From the IMG/VR virus record IMGVR_UViG_3300020050_009209: 64,000 nucleotides of DNA; one strand, written 5' to 3'. Below are positions 55,752 through 64,000 of the stretch, one piece after another (position 1 is the stretch's first letter; each line of letters starts with the position of its first letter). The stretch comes from a virus. Its lineage: Duplodnaviria; Caudoviricetes. A program made the translations under genes and the position numbers. The notes under the pieces are model-generated. The model was not told where the DNA came from. It saw only the letters and a list, made by a program, of their open reading frames with translations, and searched no databases.

Positions 55752-56291
55752 ATGGCTGACGAAGTCTCGTTTGGTGCCCGTCTTTGGGCCTCAGTAAAGT
55801 CTGGTCTTAGCTGGCTAGGTGTAAAAGTTCTGGGGCCCATTCTGGTTGTACTTCTCGTTATCGTGGCTGTGATTCTCGTGGCCATGGGGTTCAAAGAGCT
55901 TCAAATTGGTGGGCTCATTGGACGACTGTTAGGTAGGAACTCCCCTCAAAAGGGGTCCGTGGATGTGACCAACACTATCGACCCCAATAGGGTTGGTCCT
56001 GATGGTAAGCTGATTCAGCCGAACACTCCTGACACGAAGGGTCAGACACAAGCTATCGTGGTCCCGATAAAGGAACCTGGGTTGCTGTCAGACCCAAACA
56101 AGGTGGTCTTTACTCCTCCTGGAGCTGACAAGCCGATTGAGGTTGTACTTCCGGATGGGGTCACGAACAAAGACGTACACCAGGTAGTTGTTGTCAGTCC
56201 TGAAGTGATTGCTGTAACCGTGAAGGACTCCTCCGGAGTAACAGCTCAGAGTGTAGATGACCTGCTCAAGAAGTATGAGGTAACGAAGTGA
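55752..56291 (+). CDS. Membrane-anchored protein (N-terminal TM helix); possible lysis accessory/spanin-like
   Basis: TM segment ILVVLLVIVAVILVAMG, then a Pro/Val-rich soluble domain; near the holin candidate. Confidence 0.55.
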   Translation: MADEVSFGARLWASVKSGLSWLGVKVLGPILVVLLVIVAVILVAMGFKELQIGGLIGRLLGRNSPQKGSVDVTNTIDPNRVGPDGKLIQPNTPDTKGQTQAIVVPIKEPGLLSDPNKVVFTPPGADKPIEVVLPDGVTNKDVHQVVVVSPEVIAVTVKDSSGVTAQSVDDLLKKYEVTK

Positions 56292-56497
56292 CTCCCATTC
56301 CCTCAGAGCAAGATAGAGAGTACCTTCGTAGCCTTGCTGCCCTCGCTGCATATGACCAGGGATTAAACCCTGGAGTAGCTTCTGAGCAAGAGCTATGCCT
56401 TGATGCCATGGACCGTGCCCTAGATGACGTAGATGCCGCTATGCGTGCTGCGTTGGAAGATGACGATGACAACTGGCAGTATGGGGACAACGAGTAG
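56288..56497 (+). CDS. Small acidic hypothetical protein
   Basis: GAGGT SD; start lies 4 nt before the listed end of the upstream gene; acidic C-terminus. Confidence 0.55.
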   Translation: MTPIPSEQDREYLRSLAALAAYDQGLNPGVASEQELCLDAMDRALDDVDAAMRAALEDDDDNWQYGDNE

Positions 56498-56503
56498 GCT
56501 TGC

Positions 56504-56647
56504 ATGTCAAACCCTCTCCTGGTATTTGAGTTGGTCCGTAAGGGGGTCCTAACCTCCGATCAAGCTGCTGCCCTGGTAATGAAGCATAGAAGACAGCGGA
56601 TGATCTGGATCGCTAAGTTGCTAGCTTGGTTGAGGATCTGTTTTTGA
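56504..56647 (+). CDS. 47-aa hypothetical protein (below ORF-track cutoff)
   Basis: MSNPLLVFELVRKGVLTSDQAAALVMKHRRQRMIWIAKLLAWLRICF fills the gap between 56497 and 56660. Confidence 0.5.
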   Translation: MSNPLLVFELVRKGVLTSDQAAALVMKHRRQRMIWIAKLLAWLRICF

Positions 56648-56659
56648 GCTTACTCCGGT

Positions 56660-57742
56660 ATGCGAGTAAAGCTTAGTGTTCTGGACAGATTCATTGCTGC
56701 AAGAGTAGAGAGGCACTGGCGACTATTCCTGGCTATGTCAGTAGCCGATGCAGCTAAAATTCTTGAGGTGTCTGAGGATGCCTCCCCAGAAGACCTCAAG
56801 AAAGCTTACAAGCGTAAGGTAATCGAGAACCACCCTGATCGTGGCGGAAGCAACGAGAAGATGGTTGAAGTCAACGTAGCTATGGAGGTCCTAGAGGGGA
56901 AGCGTAGACCCTCCTCTCAACCTTCCAACACTTCTGAACCTGCTTGGCAGCAACAGTCTGAACGACCTAAACCCAAGCCAGTAAGGACTTCCTTTGCAGA
57001 CGCGAAGAGTGAAGCTGGGATTCCTTCTGGGGTGGAGTGGAAGCTTAGAGCTAATACAGCCTTTGGTGGGTATGGAGATAAGAGCATTGCGGCTGTCGTA
57101 GTTTACGGTCAAACTGCATCCCAGCATATTTTCGTAGGTGTGCATCACTACACCTCGCAGAATGCCTTTACAGGGGAAGACGTTGATGTTTGGACGATGT
57201 TCAGTAGGGAGTACCGGCTAGAGAACACGGTAAGTCTAGATAAGCTAGCACCAAAGGCGTTCAAGGATCTGTACAGCTCTTTTGAGGGCCTAAATAAGGG
57301 CTTCAACGGCAAAGTGTCCTTCCTATCTGATGGCTTCGTTCTCAACGAGGGTGTCATGTTCAAGCATGGCCAAGAGATGGCATTGAAGGATGCTCTCGTA
57401 GAGCTTGGAGTTACTGAGCAGGATGCCGACCGAAAGTTGTCCGTAGTCATGCGTCTTAGCTCCTCTGGAACCTCCTTTCCAAAGAAAGAGGTTATTACGT
57501 TGATCATCAACGGCAGAGAGTACGCCCTAAAGGACGAGTCCATCGAGTTTATCCAGCGGAAAACAAAGGTGGTATCCTCAGTCTTTGGGAACTACTACTA
57601 CTACTCGGATGAGAAGAAGGACCTAACTAGGTCAAAGAATGGTGCTTCTGTCCTCAAGTACCTCTCGGAAAAGCTTGTTTTAGAGCCTCAAGAACTACGT
57701 GATCTACTACTCAAAGCCTCCATTCAAGTGAGTAAGAAGTGA
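56660..57742 (+). CDS. J-domain (DnaJ-like) protein with unknown C-terminal region
   Basis: AAKILEVSEDASPEDLKKAYKRKVIENHPDRGGSNEKMVEVNVAMEVL is a J domain with an intact HPD motif. Confidence 0.85.
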   Translation: MRVKLSVLDRFIAARVERHWRLFLAMSVADAAKILEVSEDASPEDLKKAYKRKVIENHPDRGGSNEKMVEVNVAMEVLEGKRRPSSQPSNTSEPAWQQQSERPKPKPVRTSFADAKSEAGIPSGVEWKLRANTAFGGYGDKSIAAVVVYGQTASQHIFVGVHHYTSQNAFTGEDVDVWTMFSREYRLENTVSLDKLAPKAFKDLYSSFEGLNKGFNGKVSFLSDGFVLNEGVMFKHGQEMALKDALVELGVTEQDADRKLSVVMRLSSSGTSFPKKEVITLIINGREYALKDESIEFIQRKTKVVSSVFGNYYYYSDEKKDLTRSKNGASVLKYLSEKLVLEPQELRDLLLKASIQVSKK

Positions 57743-58122
57743 GACTAGCCGCTAACTTACTACCACCTCTCAAGGAAATGACCACGGTGCCCTTGTTTAA
57801 GGAGCCCCTTGGTAATCTAGACGCTATGGATATCAGCGTTCGAGCCGTTGCTTGGGCATTGACATGTAGAGCGCGCAAGCTAGATACCTCTACTGTTCAT
57901 GCCCAATACTACGCTAGAAAAACTGAGGTTCGTAGTCTTTTGACGGCGGGTTGGTACCCAGTAGCTATTTTCCAGTCTGATACCTCTGGGTTGATTTGGG
58001 AGGGAGTGATTATGGGGTACGACCTAACGCATTTTGAGTTGGCTATCCAACCTAAGGGTACTTTTATCCAAGTAATGGATTCACTGCCGGAACTCTTAGC
58101 TCTAATCGTCGAGGCGCCATGA
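57739..58122 (+). CDS. Hypothetical protein
   Basis: 127-aa ORF coupled to both neighbours by GTGA/ATGA overlaps. Confidence 0.55.
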   Translation: MRLAANLLPPLKEMTTVPLFKEPLGNLDAMDISVRAVAWALTCRARKLDTSTVHAQYYARKTEVRSLLTAGWYPVAIFQSDTSGLIWEGVIMGYDLTHFELAIQPKGTFIQVMDSLPELLALIVEAP

Positions 58123-58682
58123 CCCTACCAGAATCCCCTCCAGCGATTGTAGAGCCATGTTCAGGGACTTGTGTTCAAGCCGAGGACATGAAGGTGTTAG
58201 TTCAAGTCCTAAAGGACAAGCAGTGCCTTCAGAAGACTCCTCCTACGTTCCAACTAGACCCCATTACAATCGTAACAGACGTAGAGGGGAGGGTCTATTT
58301 TTCTGGGGACCAGCCTAACCCATACACCCTAAAGGTCCAGTGGTGTAATTACACTGTAACTGGAACAGGGAAGTTGTCCGTTGTCGTGGCCAAGAAAGAG
58401 CCTCCTGTTTGGGGGTTTAGGTTTCGACCCAAGTTCGCAGGTAGCTTCCTATTCCTAGATGCCTTTGAGCGACCTACCGCAGCGGATGCCATCGACGTTG
58501 GGTTTCTTTGGGACTTCCTGTACTACAAGCAATTCAACCTCAACGTAGCCACGGGGTTCAGGTCTGTTGGGGCTGGGCTTGGGGTTGACTTGACGCGAAA
58601 TTTTGGGTTGGTTCTTGGTTACGCATTCTCTTGGTGGACCTTACGAAGCAACCCGCAGGCTGGCGTCTTTTTTTCGTTCTAA
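58119..58682 (+). CDS. Protein with C-terminal outer-membrane beta-barrel-like strands
   Basis: Alternating strands (FNLNVATG, VGAGLGVDL, FGLVLGYAF, QAGVFFSF) ending in Phe; 4 Cys in the N-terminal half. Confidence 0.5.
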   Translation: MTLPESPPAIVEPCSGTCVQAEDMKVLVQVLKDKQCLQKTPPTFQLDPITIVTDVEGRVYFSGDQPNPYTLKVQWCNYTVTGTGKLSVVVAKKEPPVWGFRFRPKFAGSFLFLDAFERPTAADAIDVGFLWDFLYYKQFNLNVATGFRSVGAGLGVDLTRNFGLVLGYAFSWWTLRSNPQAGVFFSF

Positions 58683-58689
58683 GGCTATT

Positions 58690-59574
58690 ATGCAAACTAG
58701 AGTTGTAGCTAGGTACCTATGTGCAAAGGCAGTCAGCCTCCTTCCAGAGTTCAAGCTAGCGCTTGTTGCATGGGAACAGGGGGATGAGCAGCCAATAATG
58801 GAGTTCATCCAAAGGGTACTTGACATCATCTTTCCAGAGGGGGGAACGACTCCGCCATCATGGTTCTATGCCCTTGGAACGGCAAAGCGTACGACTATCA
58901 ATTGGATCCAAAAAGAGGGGCAGCGTTGGTTACGATCCCTACCTGGCTACACGGCAGACCTTTGGAACCCAGAGGCTCCTAGTTCAAGGTTCTACAATTT
59001 TCCAGACCCTAAGCTGCAAGCGCAGAGGATGCAGGAACACACGGTCAAGGAACTAGAGGAGTGGGGTAAAAAGCTACGTACGCTGGAGATTGCCAGTCAA
59101 GGGGGTAATGAGGACCTTGAGATTAAACGAGGTGGATTCACTGTCATTCCAATGCCAGGACTGAAGAAGGTTGAAATTGAAGGTGCACTTGAAGCGTTGG
59201 ACGCAGCCGTCGCTAAGATTCGGCTAAAGTTCCCACAGGTTATCTACGGTAAGGTGTACCTATCTACTCACCTCGCAGCCAAAACAGCAGCTCATTACGC
59301 ACATTGGGACGATACAATCTACATAAGTGTGAGAGCCCGCAAGCGGTTTGATGATGTTTACACGCTTACCCACGAGTTTGGGCATAGGCTTGACAGAAAG
59401 TTTGTGTCGAGTGACATCCGCAAGGAGTTTCGTAGGCTGTCTGCACAAAAAGAGCTAGCGGTTACCCCGTATGGAGCCACTGACCCAGCGGAGAACTTTG
59501 CTGAGGCGTTTGCCCACCTTGTTCTTGGGATGCCTCTTGCGCCAGAGCTGCAAGCAGTTCTATCAGCGATTTAG
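58690..59574 (+). CDS. Zincin-type metallopeptidase domain protein (HExxH)
   Basis: TLTHEFGHRLD...TPYGATDPAENFAEAF. Start 58690 (MQTRVVARY) is preferred over 58603, which would overlap the upstream gene by 80 nt. Confidence 0.75.
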   Translation: MQTRVVARYLCAKAVSLLPEFKLALVAWEQGDEQPIMEFIQRVLDIIFPEGGTTPPSWFYALGTAKRTTINWIQKEGQRWLRSLPGYTADLWNPEAPSSRFYNFPDPKLQAQRMQEHTVKELEEWGKKLRTLEIASQGGNEDLEIKRGGFTVIPMPGLKKVEIEGALEALDAAVAKIRLKFPQVIYGKVYLSTHLAAKTAAHYAHWDDTIYISVRARKRFDDVYTLTHEFGHRLDRKFVSSDIRKEFRRLSAQKELAVTPYGATDPAENFAEAFAHLVLGMPLAPELQAVLSAI

Positions 59575-59649
59575 GTACTTTCCGAGTAAAATCAAGGGGT
59601 GTGAACTTTTTGGAGACCCCCCCTACTCCGTTGGTGTACCCTTTACCCC

Positions 59650-62600
59650 ATGGCAAAGTTGTCCGACGAAGACCAAACGGCTATTATCTATGACCGAGTG
59701 AAGCAGGTTCGGGCATCAAAAACTCTTGAGCTGAAACCATCCCCTAGGTTACGGCAAGAGATTACAGGGTTGGATGGGCAACCTCAACCCTTCCGAATGA
59801 GATACTACCAATCTCAGGGTATTTTCCACCTCCTGACCGTCAACCGCATGGTTCTTGGTGACGGAACGGGACTAGGTAAGTGTGAACCGGCGGACACACT
59901 GATCATAAGCTCAGAGGGCCAGATACCTATTCGCTCTTTGGCACCCAAAGAATTTGAATCTAACTCAACGGAAGGATTTTACCCCTTGGACCGTCCTTTG
60001 GCAGTTTGGACGGGCCGAAGAATGGCGACCGTTCCTAGGTTCTACTGGGGTGGTAAAAAGCCAACGGTCAAGGTTACAACCAGAAATAACTACAGAATTG
60101 AAGGGACTCTTGTCCACCCACTCTTAGTTCGGAGTGAGAAGGGTCACGTCTGGGAAGAGGCTGGGTCCCTTCAGGTCGGTGATCACTTATGCGTAGAGAG
60201 GAAAGAAGCTCCTTTCCCTGAGGTTGAGCCAGAAGTAAACTTTGTACCCAAGCTCCCACACGGGTGTACCAAAATTTATAGGTACCAGCGTTTTCTATCT
60301 GAAGACCTTGCCAGTCTGATTGGTTACGTAGTGGGTGAAGGTAATAGAGCCCCTTACGGGATTTGCGTAACTCAATGCAGCACCCTAAACCCAGAGACCC
60401 ACCAAGAGATTAGAGACCTTTTTTTCAAGGTATTTGGGTGGTCTGGGAATGAGAATTGTGGTCAACGTGACATCCGAATCCATGTGTCAAGCGTCGGGAT
60501 TAAAGAGTACTTAGCTGCTTGTGGGGTAGGGGAGGAACTTTCACGGACCAAATTCGTTCCAGATCTCATCCTTCGAGGAACACGTTCCTCCGTTCGAGGG
60601 TTCCTTTCGGCTATGTTTGAGGGTGAGGGCTCTGTTGAGGTTGAGGGTGGGGTTGAGTTTTCTTCTTCCTCCGAGCAGCTCATCCGAACCATTCAAGTAT
60701 TGCTGCTACGTTTCGGAGTTGTTTCAACGCTTTCCCCCAAGGTAATCCCAAATAATCCGCACACTTACTGGAGGCTTTGCTTCTTTGGGGACGATGCTCG
60801 CACCTTCCAAGCAAGTATTGGGTTTAGGTCCGCCAGAAAAAAGGACCTTTTGCGGGACGCAATCAAAAAAACATCTAACCCTAACAAGGATGTGGTGCCC
60901 TTCTCCGGCCCTATGGTCCAAAGCCTCAAGACCCTTATTCTTAAGGCAACCTCACAAAACTTGGTAAGTAGGAACCAATATGGCTGGGGTATTAAGCAGT
61001 TTGGGGAGAGTTTTCAAAGCACACTCAAGCATGTCATCAACAAGAAGCGTAACCCAACTTACCAATGGCTTGGTAAGTTACTTGATATCTCTCGTGGTCT
61101 TGGACTCTCGACTACCGAAGAGTACCTTGAAGTCCTTGGGGTTTACGAGCGTCGATTCTTCTATGACCCCATAGTGAAAGTTGAGTACGGCGAAGCAGAT
61201 GTAATGGATATCGAGGTTGAGGATCCTGACCACTGTTATGTTGCCAACGGACTCGTGAGTCACAATACGATTCAGGTTTTAGGCGCATTTTGCTACACTT
61301 GGGACCGAGATCCTCAGATGAAGGTGATTGTAGTCTGCCCTAAGTCAGCCATTCGCCAATGGGGGGCTGAGGTGGAGAAGTTCACCGTGGGAGTCAAGAC
61401 CTTTGTGGCCACTGGGACGGTGGCTCAACGTAAGGCTACCTATGCCGCATGGGAAGCGGAAACCGAGTCTAGGGCCATCCTCGTCATGAACTACCACACG
61501 TTGGTGAGAGACTGGGACCAGGACATTCAGAAGGTGGCTCCTCCTCCTGGGTCGAAGCATGGGACTCAACCTACCCTTGGGTTGGGGTTACTCGATGGTA
61601 TGACCAGCCGAATACCTAAGATTATCGTATGCTTCGACGAGTGCGTAGCCTTCAAGAACCCCTCTACAAAGACCCACAAGGTCTGTAAGGCACTGTCTGT
61701 CAAATCGAGCAAGGTCTGGGGACTGACGGCTACCCTCCTGAAGAACAACTTGATGGAGGGATTTGGCATCTACCAAGTGATTCGACCTGGGACGTTCAAG
61801 TCAAAGACTGCGTTTCTTGAGGCCTACTGCGTCACGGAAATGCAGCGAGTAAAGGGAGGGATCAAGGTCCCTATTGTTGTAGGATATCATAACCTTGTAC
61901 ACTTCCGGGATACCATTGACCCATTCTTCTACGGTCGACCGAAACATGTCGTAAGTGACGAGCTACCTACTCTTACTACACGGGAGATTTTGTGTGAGCT
62001 GTCCCCTCAGGAGGACGCCAAATACCAGGAAGCGCTGGCCGGACTGCTGGAGCTTGGAGATGGGGATCAGAAAGACTATCGGGAGACCAGAGAACTCACA
62101 AGTCTTATCTACACGCAGGAAGTCGTAAACTCTCTTGCCCTTCTCAAGTTTGAGGAGGGGGACACCCAATTCGAGGGTAAAAGTGCCAAGGAGCAAGCGC
62201 TCCTTGACCTACTTACAGAGGAGTTTGATGGGGAGAAGGTCATCGTCTACACTAGGTTTGAAAAGCTCGTTGGAAGGCTCCAGAAGCTGCTAACCGCTGA
62301 GAAGATCAAAAGTGTAAGGATCACCGGTAAGGAAAAGGATACCGACCGTAAGAAGGCCCAAGACAAGTTCCAGGACCTTACGAGTGATGTGTCCGTCGTG
62401 TTCATCACGGATGCAGGGTCTGAGGCCATCAACCTCCAGGCTGCTTGCGGTATGGTGTTTTTCGACTCCCCTTGGTCGTGGGGTCAGTATGTCCAGTTGC
62501 TTGGACGTATGATTCGTATCGGGTCTATTCACCAAAGCGTCCTAGCTATTCATCTAGTCGCTGAGCGACACGGTAAGACGTCCAAAAAAGAGACGATTGA

Positions 62601-62742
62601 CCATCAGGTAATCAAGAAGTTGCGCAAGAAAAAGGGTCTGAGTGACCAAATTCTCGGGGAGGCTGCTGTGGGAGCTTTGAAGTTTGATCGATCCGAGACA
62701 GATCTTCGTGACCTGTACAGTGCAGTGCAGGGGGCGAAATGA
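59650..62742 (+). CDS. SNF2/SWI2-family helicase, intein-containing
   Basis: YYQ, GDGTGLGK/T, VVCPKS, FDEC, GLTAT, KVIVYTRF, AGSEAINLQ, QLLGRMIRIG motifs; 568-aa extein. Confidence 0.9.
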   Translation: MAKLSDEDQTAIIYDRVKQVRASKTLELKPSPRLRQEITGLDGQPQPFRMRYYQSQGIFHLLTVNRMVLGDGTGLGKCEPADTLIISSEGQIPIRSLAPKEFESNSTEGFYPLDRPLAVWTGRRMATVPRFYWGGKKPTVKVTTRNNYRIEGTLVHPLLVRSEKGHVWEEAGSLQVGDHLCVERKEAPFPEVEPEVNFVPKLPHGCTKIYRYQRFLSEDLASLIGYVVGEGNRAPYGICVTQCSTLNPETHQEIRDLFFKVFGWSGNENCGQRDIRIHVSSVGIKEYLAACGVGEELSRTKFVPDLILRGTRSSVRGFLSAMFEGEGSVEVEGGVEFSSSSEQLIRTIQVLLLRFGVVSTLSPKVIPNNPHTYWRLCFFGDDARTFQASIGFRSARKKDLLRDAIKKTSNPNKDVVPFSGPMVQSLKTLILKATSQNLVSRNQYGWGIKQFGESFQSTLKHVINKKRNPTYQWLGKLLDISRGLGLSTTEEYLEVLGVYERRFFYDPIVKVEYGEADVMDIEVEDPDHCYVANGLVSHNTIQVLGAFCYTWDRDPQMKVIVVCPKSAIRQWGAEVEKFTVGVKTFVATGTVAQRKATYAAWEAETESRAILVMNYHTLVRDWDQDIQKVAPPPGSKHGTQPTLGLGLLDGMTSRIPKIIVCFDECVAFKNPSTKTHKVCKALSVKSSKVWGLTATLLKNNLMEGFGIYQVIRPGTFKSKTAFLEAYCVTEMQRVKGGIKVPIVVGYHNLVHFRDTIDPFFYGRPKHVVSDELPTLTTREILCELSPQEDAKYQEALAGLLELGDGDQKDYRETRELTSLIYTQEVVNSLALLKFEEGDTQFEGKSAKEQALLDLLTEEFDGEKVIVYTRFEKLVGRLQKLLTAEKIKSVRITGKEKDTDRKKAQDKFQDLTSDVSVVFITDAGSEAINLQAACGMVFFDSPWSWGQYVQLLGRMIRIGSIHQSVLAIHLVAERHGKTSKKETIDHQVIKKLRKKKGLSDQILGEAAVGALKFDRSETDLRDLYSAVQGAK
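59881..61266 (+). mobile_element. Intein (462 aa) with LAGLIDADG homing endonuclease, inserted in the helicase Walker A
   Basis: Starts at Cys after GLGK, has block B GTLVHP, LAGLIDADG-like LIGYVVGEG and FLSAMFEGEG, and ends ANGLVSHN followed by Thr. Confidence 0.92.
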
Positions 62743-62957
62743 GTGGCGGATGTGACACGGAGTGGTCCGACCTCGACCGCGCCCGAGTGACCATTGCTAA
62801 TCTCACCAAAGAGAGAGACACGCTGAAAGAAAAGGTGGAGGCTCTAATGAGGGAGCGCAACACGCTCCGCACGGACGTTGACCGTTACTTCGAGCGGATG
62901 GTGAGGCTGGAGGGCGAGCGTGACCGCGCCGAGAAGGACGATGGAGAAGTGAAGTGA
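62739..62957 (+). CDS. Small coiled-coil hypothetical protein
   Basis: Heptad ERD/ERN repeats; ATGA/GTGA overlaps with both neighbours. Confidence 0.55.
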   Translation: MSGGCDTEWSDLDRARVTIANLTKERDTLKEKVEALMRERNTLRTDVDRYFERMVRLEGERDRAEKDDGEVK

Positions 62958-63841
62958 CCCTAGATCCTGAGTTCTTTGCGGTTGACCCATTGGTAGAGTC
63001 CTGCCCTAACTGCGTAAAGTGTGGCGGTAGGGGCTACATCATGAAGGATGGAGATCCTTTCACTCAAGTGGAGTGTAATAACCTGTTCCTGAGAAGGGTG
63101 GGGTTGAAGTTAGGGGTTGAAATCGCGACAGCTGCCACTCTAGCAGATTCCCCACTCTACGTATGGGGAGGGAAGGATAAGACTCAGAGTAACCTCTTCC
63201 TAAAGGGGGACTGGGTAGACCTACTACCTCACCTAAAGTGCGCACTCCTTCGCAAGTTCTACAGCTGTGGAGTAGAGGCCTTTAGTTTCCGGGTGGTCAC
63301 GGATGAGCGACTCAAGAATGTGTACCTATCGAATGAGGCCTACACAGCGAAGCAGCGTAAGAAGCGAGATGAGGGGGAGGTCTACAACTCGCTTTCCGAC
63401 CTCATTGGCAACTCCCACAACCTCATCATCATTAGGCTTGGCTTCCTCGGCTACAAGAACGTGGCTATGCCCGGAATCCTAAAAGAGACCCTGATGATGA
63501 GGCAAGCTCAAGGAGTTCCAACTTGGGTAGTAGAGGACCCAGACTCCCCTTTTGTCCCAGGGCATTTTTCGTGGAGTCTAGATGTTAGCGATTACATAAC
63601 GAGGTACTACGAGACGTTGGACTTTACTTCGGCTGTAAGGACTCCTAGGTCAGGTCTTCCTGAGGAAGAAGACGAAGGTCTTGGTCTGGATACGCCAGAG
63701 ACGGAGGTAGCTCCAGAGCCTAAGCCAAGAGTCAAAGCTCAAGCGCCAGTGGTGGTTGAAGGGGTGGCTGACTTCAGCTCAGACCTTGCGTTGGGTACGG
63801 GGTACGTCAAGAAGAACTACAAGAAGGGAGGTAGAGGTTGA
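62954..63841 (+). CDS. Degenerate DnaC/IstB-like helicase loader (Zn-binding N-terminus)
   Basis: CPNCVKCGGRG...VEC; SNLFLKG at the P-loop position; LIIIRLG at the Walker-B position; ETLMMR....PTWV; lies upstream of a probable helicase. Confidence 0.5.
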   Translation: MTLDPEFFAVDPLVESCPNCVKCGGRGYIMKDGDPFTQVECNNLFLRRVGLKLGVEIATAATLADSPLYVWGGKDKTQSNLFLKGDWVDLLPHLKCALLRKFYSCGVEAFSFRVVTDERLKNVYLSNEAYTAKQRKKRDEGEVYNSLSDLIGNSHNLIIIRLGFLGYKNVAMPGILKETLMMRQAQGVPTWVVEDPDSPFVPGHFSWSLDVSDYITRYYETLDFTSAVRTPRSGLPEEEDEGLGLDTPETEVAPEPKPRVKAQAPVVVEGVADFSSDLALGTGYVKKNYKKGGRG

Positions 63842-64000
63842 AATCCATACTTCGTAGCGTAATTGACATTGCAGGTAATGAAGACCAGGTAAATCTCATC
63901 GCCAACCTCCAAAAGTTGATGGTGTCCAAGGTTGAATGGACTCAACCAGCGGATCAGCGAATTTACGACCAAATTACGCACTACTTCCAGCTAAAGTACG
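63838..64000 (+). CDS. 5' end of next gene (probable replicative helicase, inferred from context)
   Basis: TTG start overlapping the upstream TGA, GGAGGT SD, open to the window end (MKSILRSVIDIAGNEDQVNLIANLQKL...). Confidence 0.45.
   Translation, partial: MKSILRSVIDIAGNEDQVNLIANLQKLMVSKVEWTQPADQRIYDQITHYFQLKY

Noticed and set aside
58603-58689. Longer N-terminus for the zincin gene
   Set aside because: It would overlap the upstream gene by 80 nt from a TTG start; ATG 58690 lies 7 nt after the upstream stop.
59575-59649. Possible sigma70 promoter/leaderless start or GGGGT...ACCCC hairpin before the helicase
   Set aside because: The -10/-35 match is poor and the stem has a large loop; it cannot be supported from sequence alone.
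1-64000. Stop-codon reassignment (alternative genetic code)
   Set aside because: Very long ORFs are intact in code 11, and TAA, TAG and TGA all end genes at sensible boundaries.

Overview
This window is from a large tailed phage (jumbo-myovirus-like); all credible genes lie on the + strand, tightly packed and often translationally coupled. About 1-54.9 kb is a contractile-tail baseplate/fibre module: a tube-initiator-like gene running off the left edge, a gp27-like hub, a gp5/gpV-like spike, gp25-like, baseplate J-like and gpI-like wedge genes, and several very large (1500-2300 aa) modular fibre/receptor-binding proteins. Four free-standing homing endonucleases (2 GIY-YIG, 2 HNH-type) sit at gene boundaries within it. 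54.9-59.6 kb holds a putative lysis/membrane cluster, a gene frameshifted by an 11-bp tandem duplication, a J-domain protein and an HExxH zincin. 59.6-64 kb starts a replication block: an SNF2-type helicase with a 462-aa LAGLIDADG intein, a degenerate DnaC-like gene and the start of a probable DnaB-like gene. I saw no tRNA, rRNA or CRISPR array. All functional calls come from motif recognition by eye; no searches were run.
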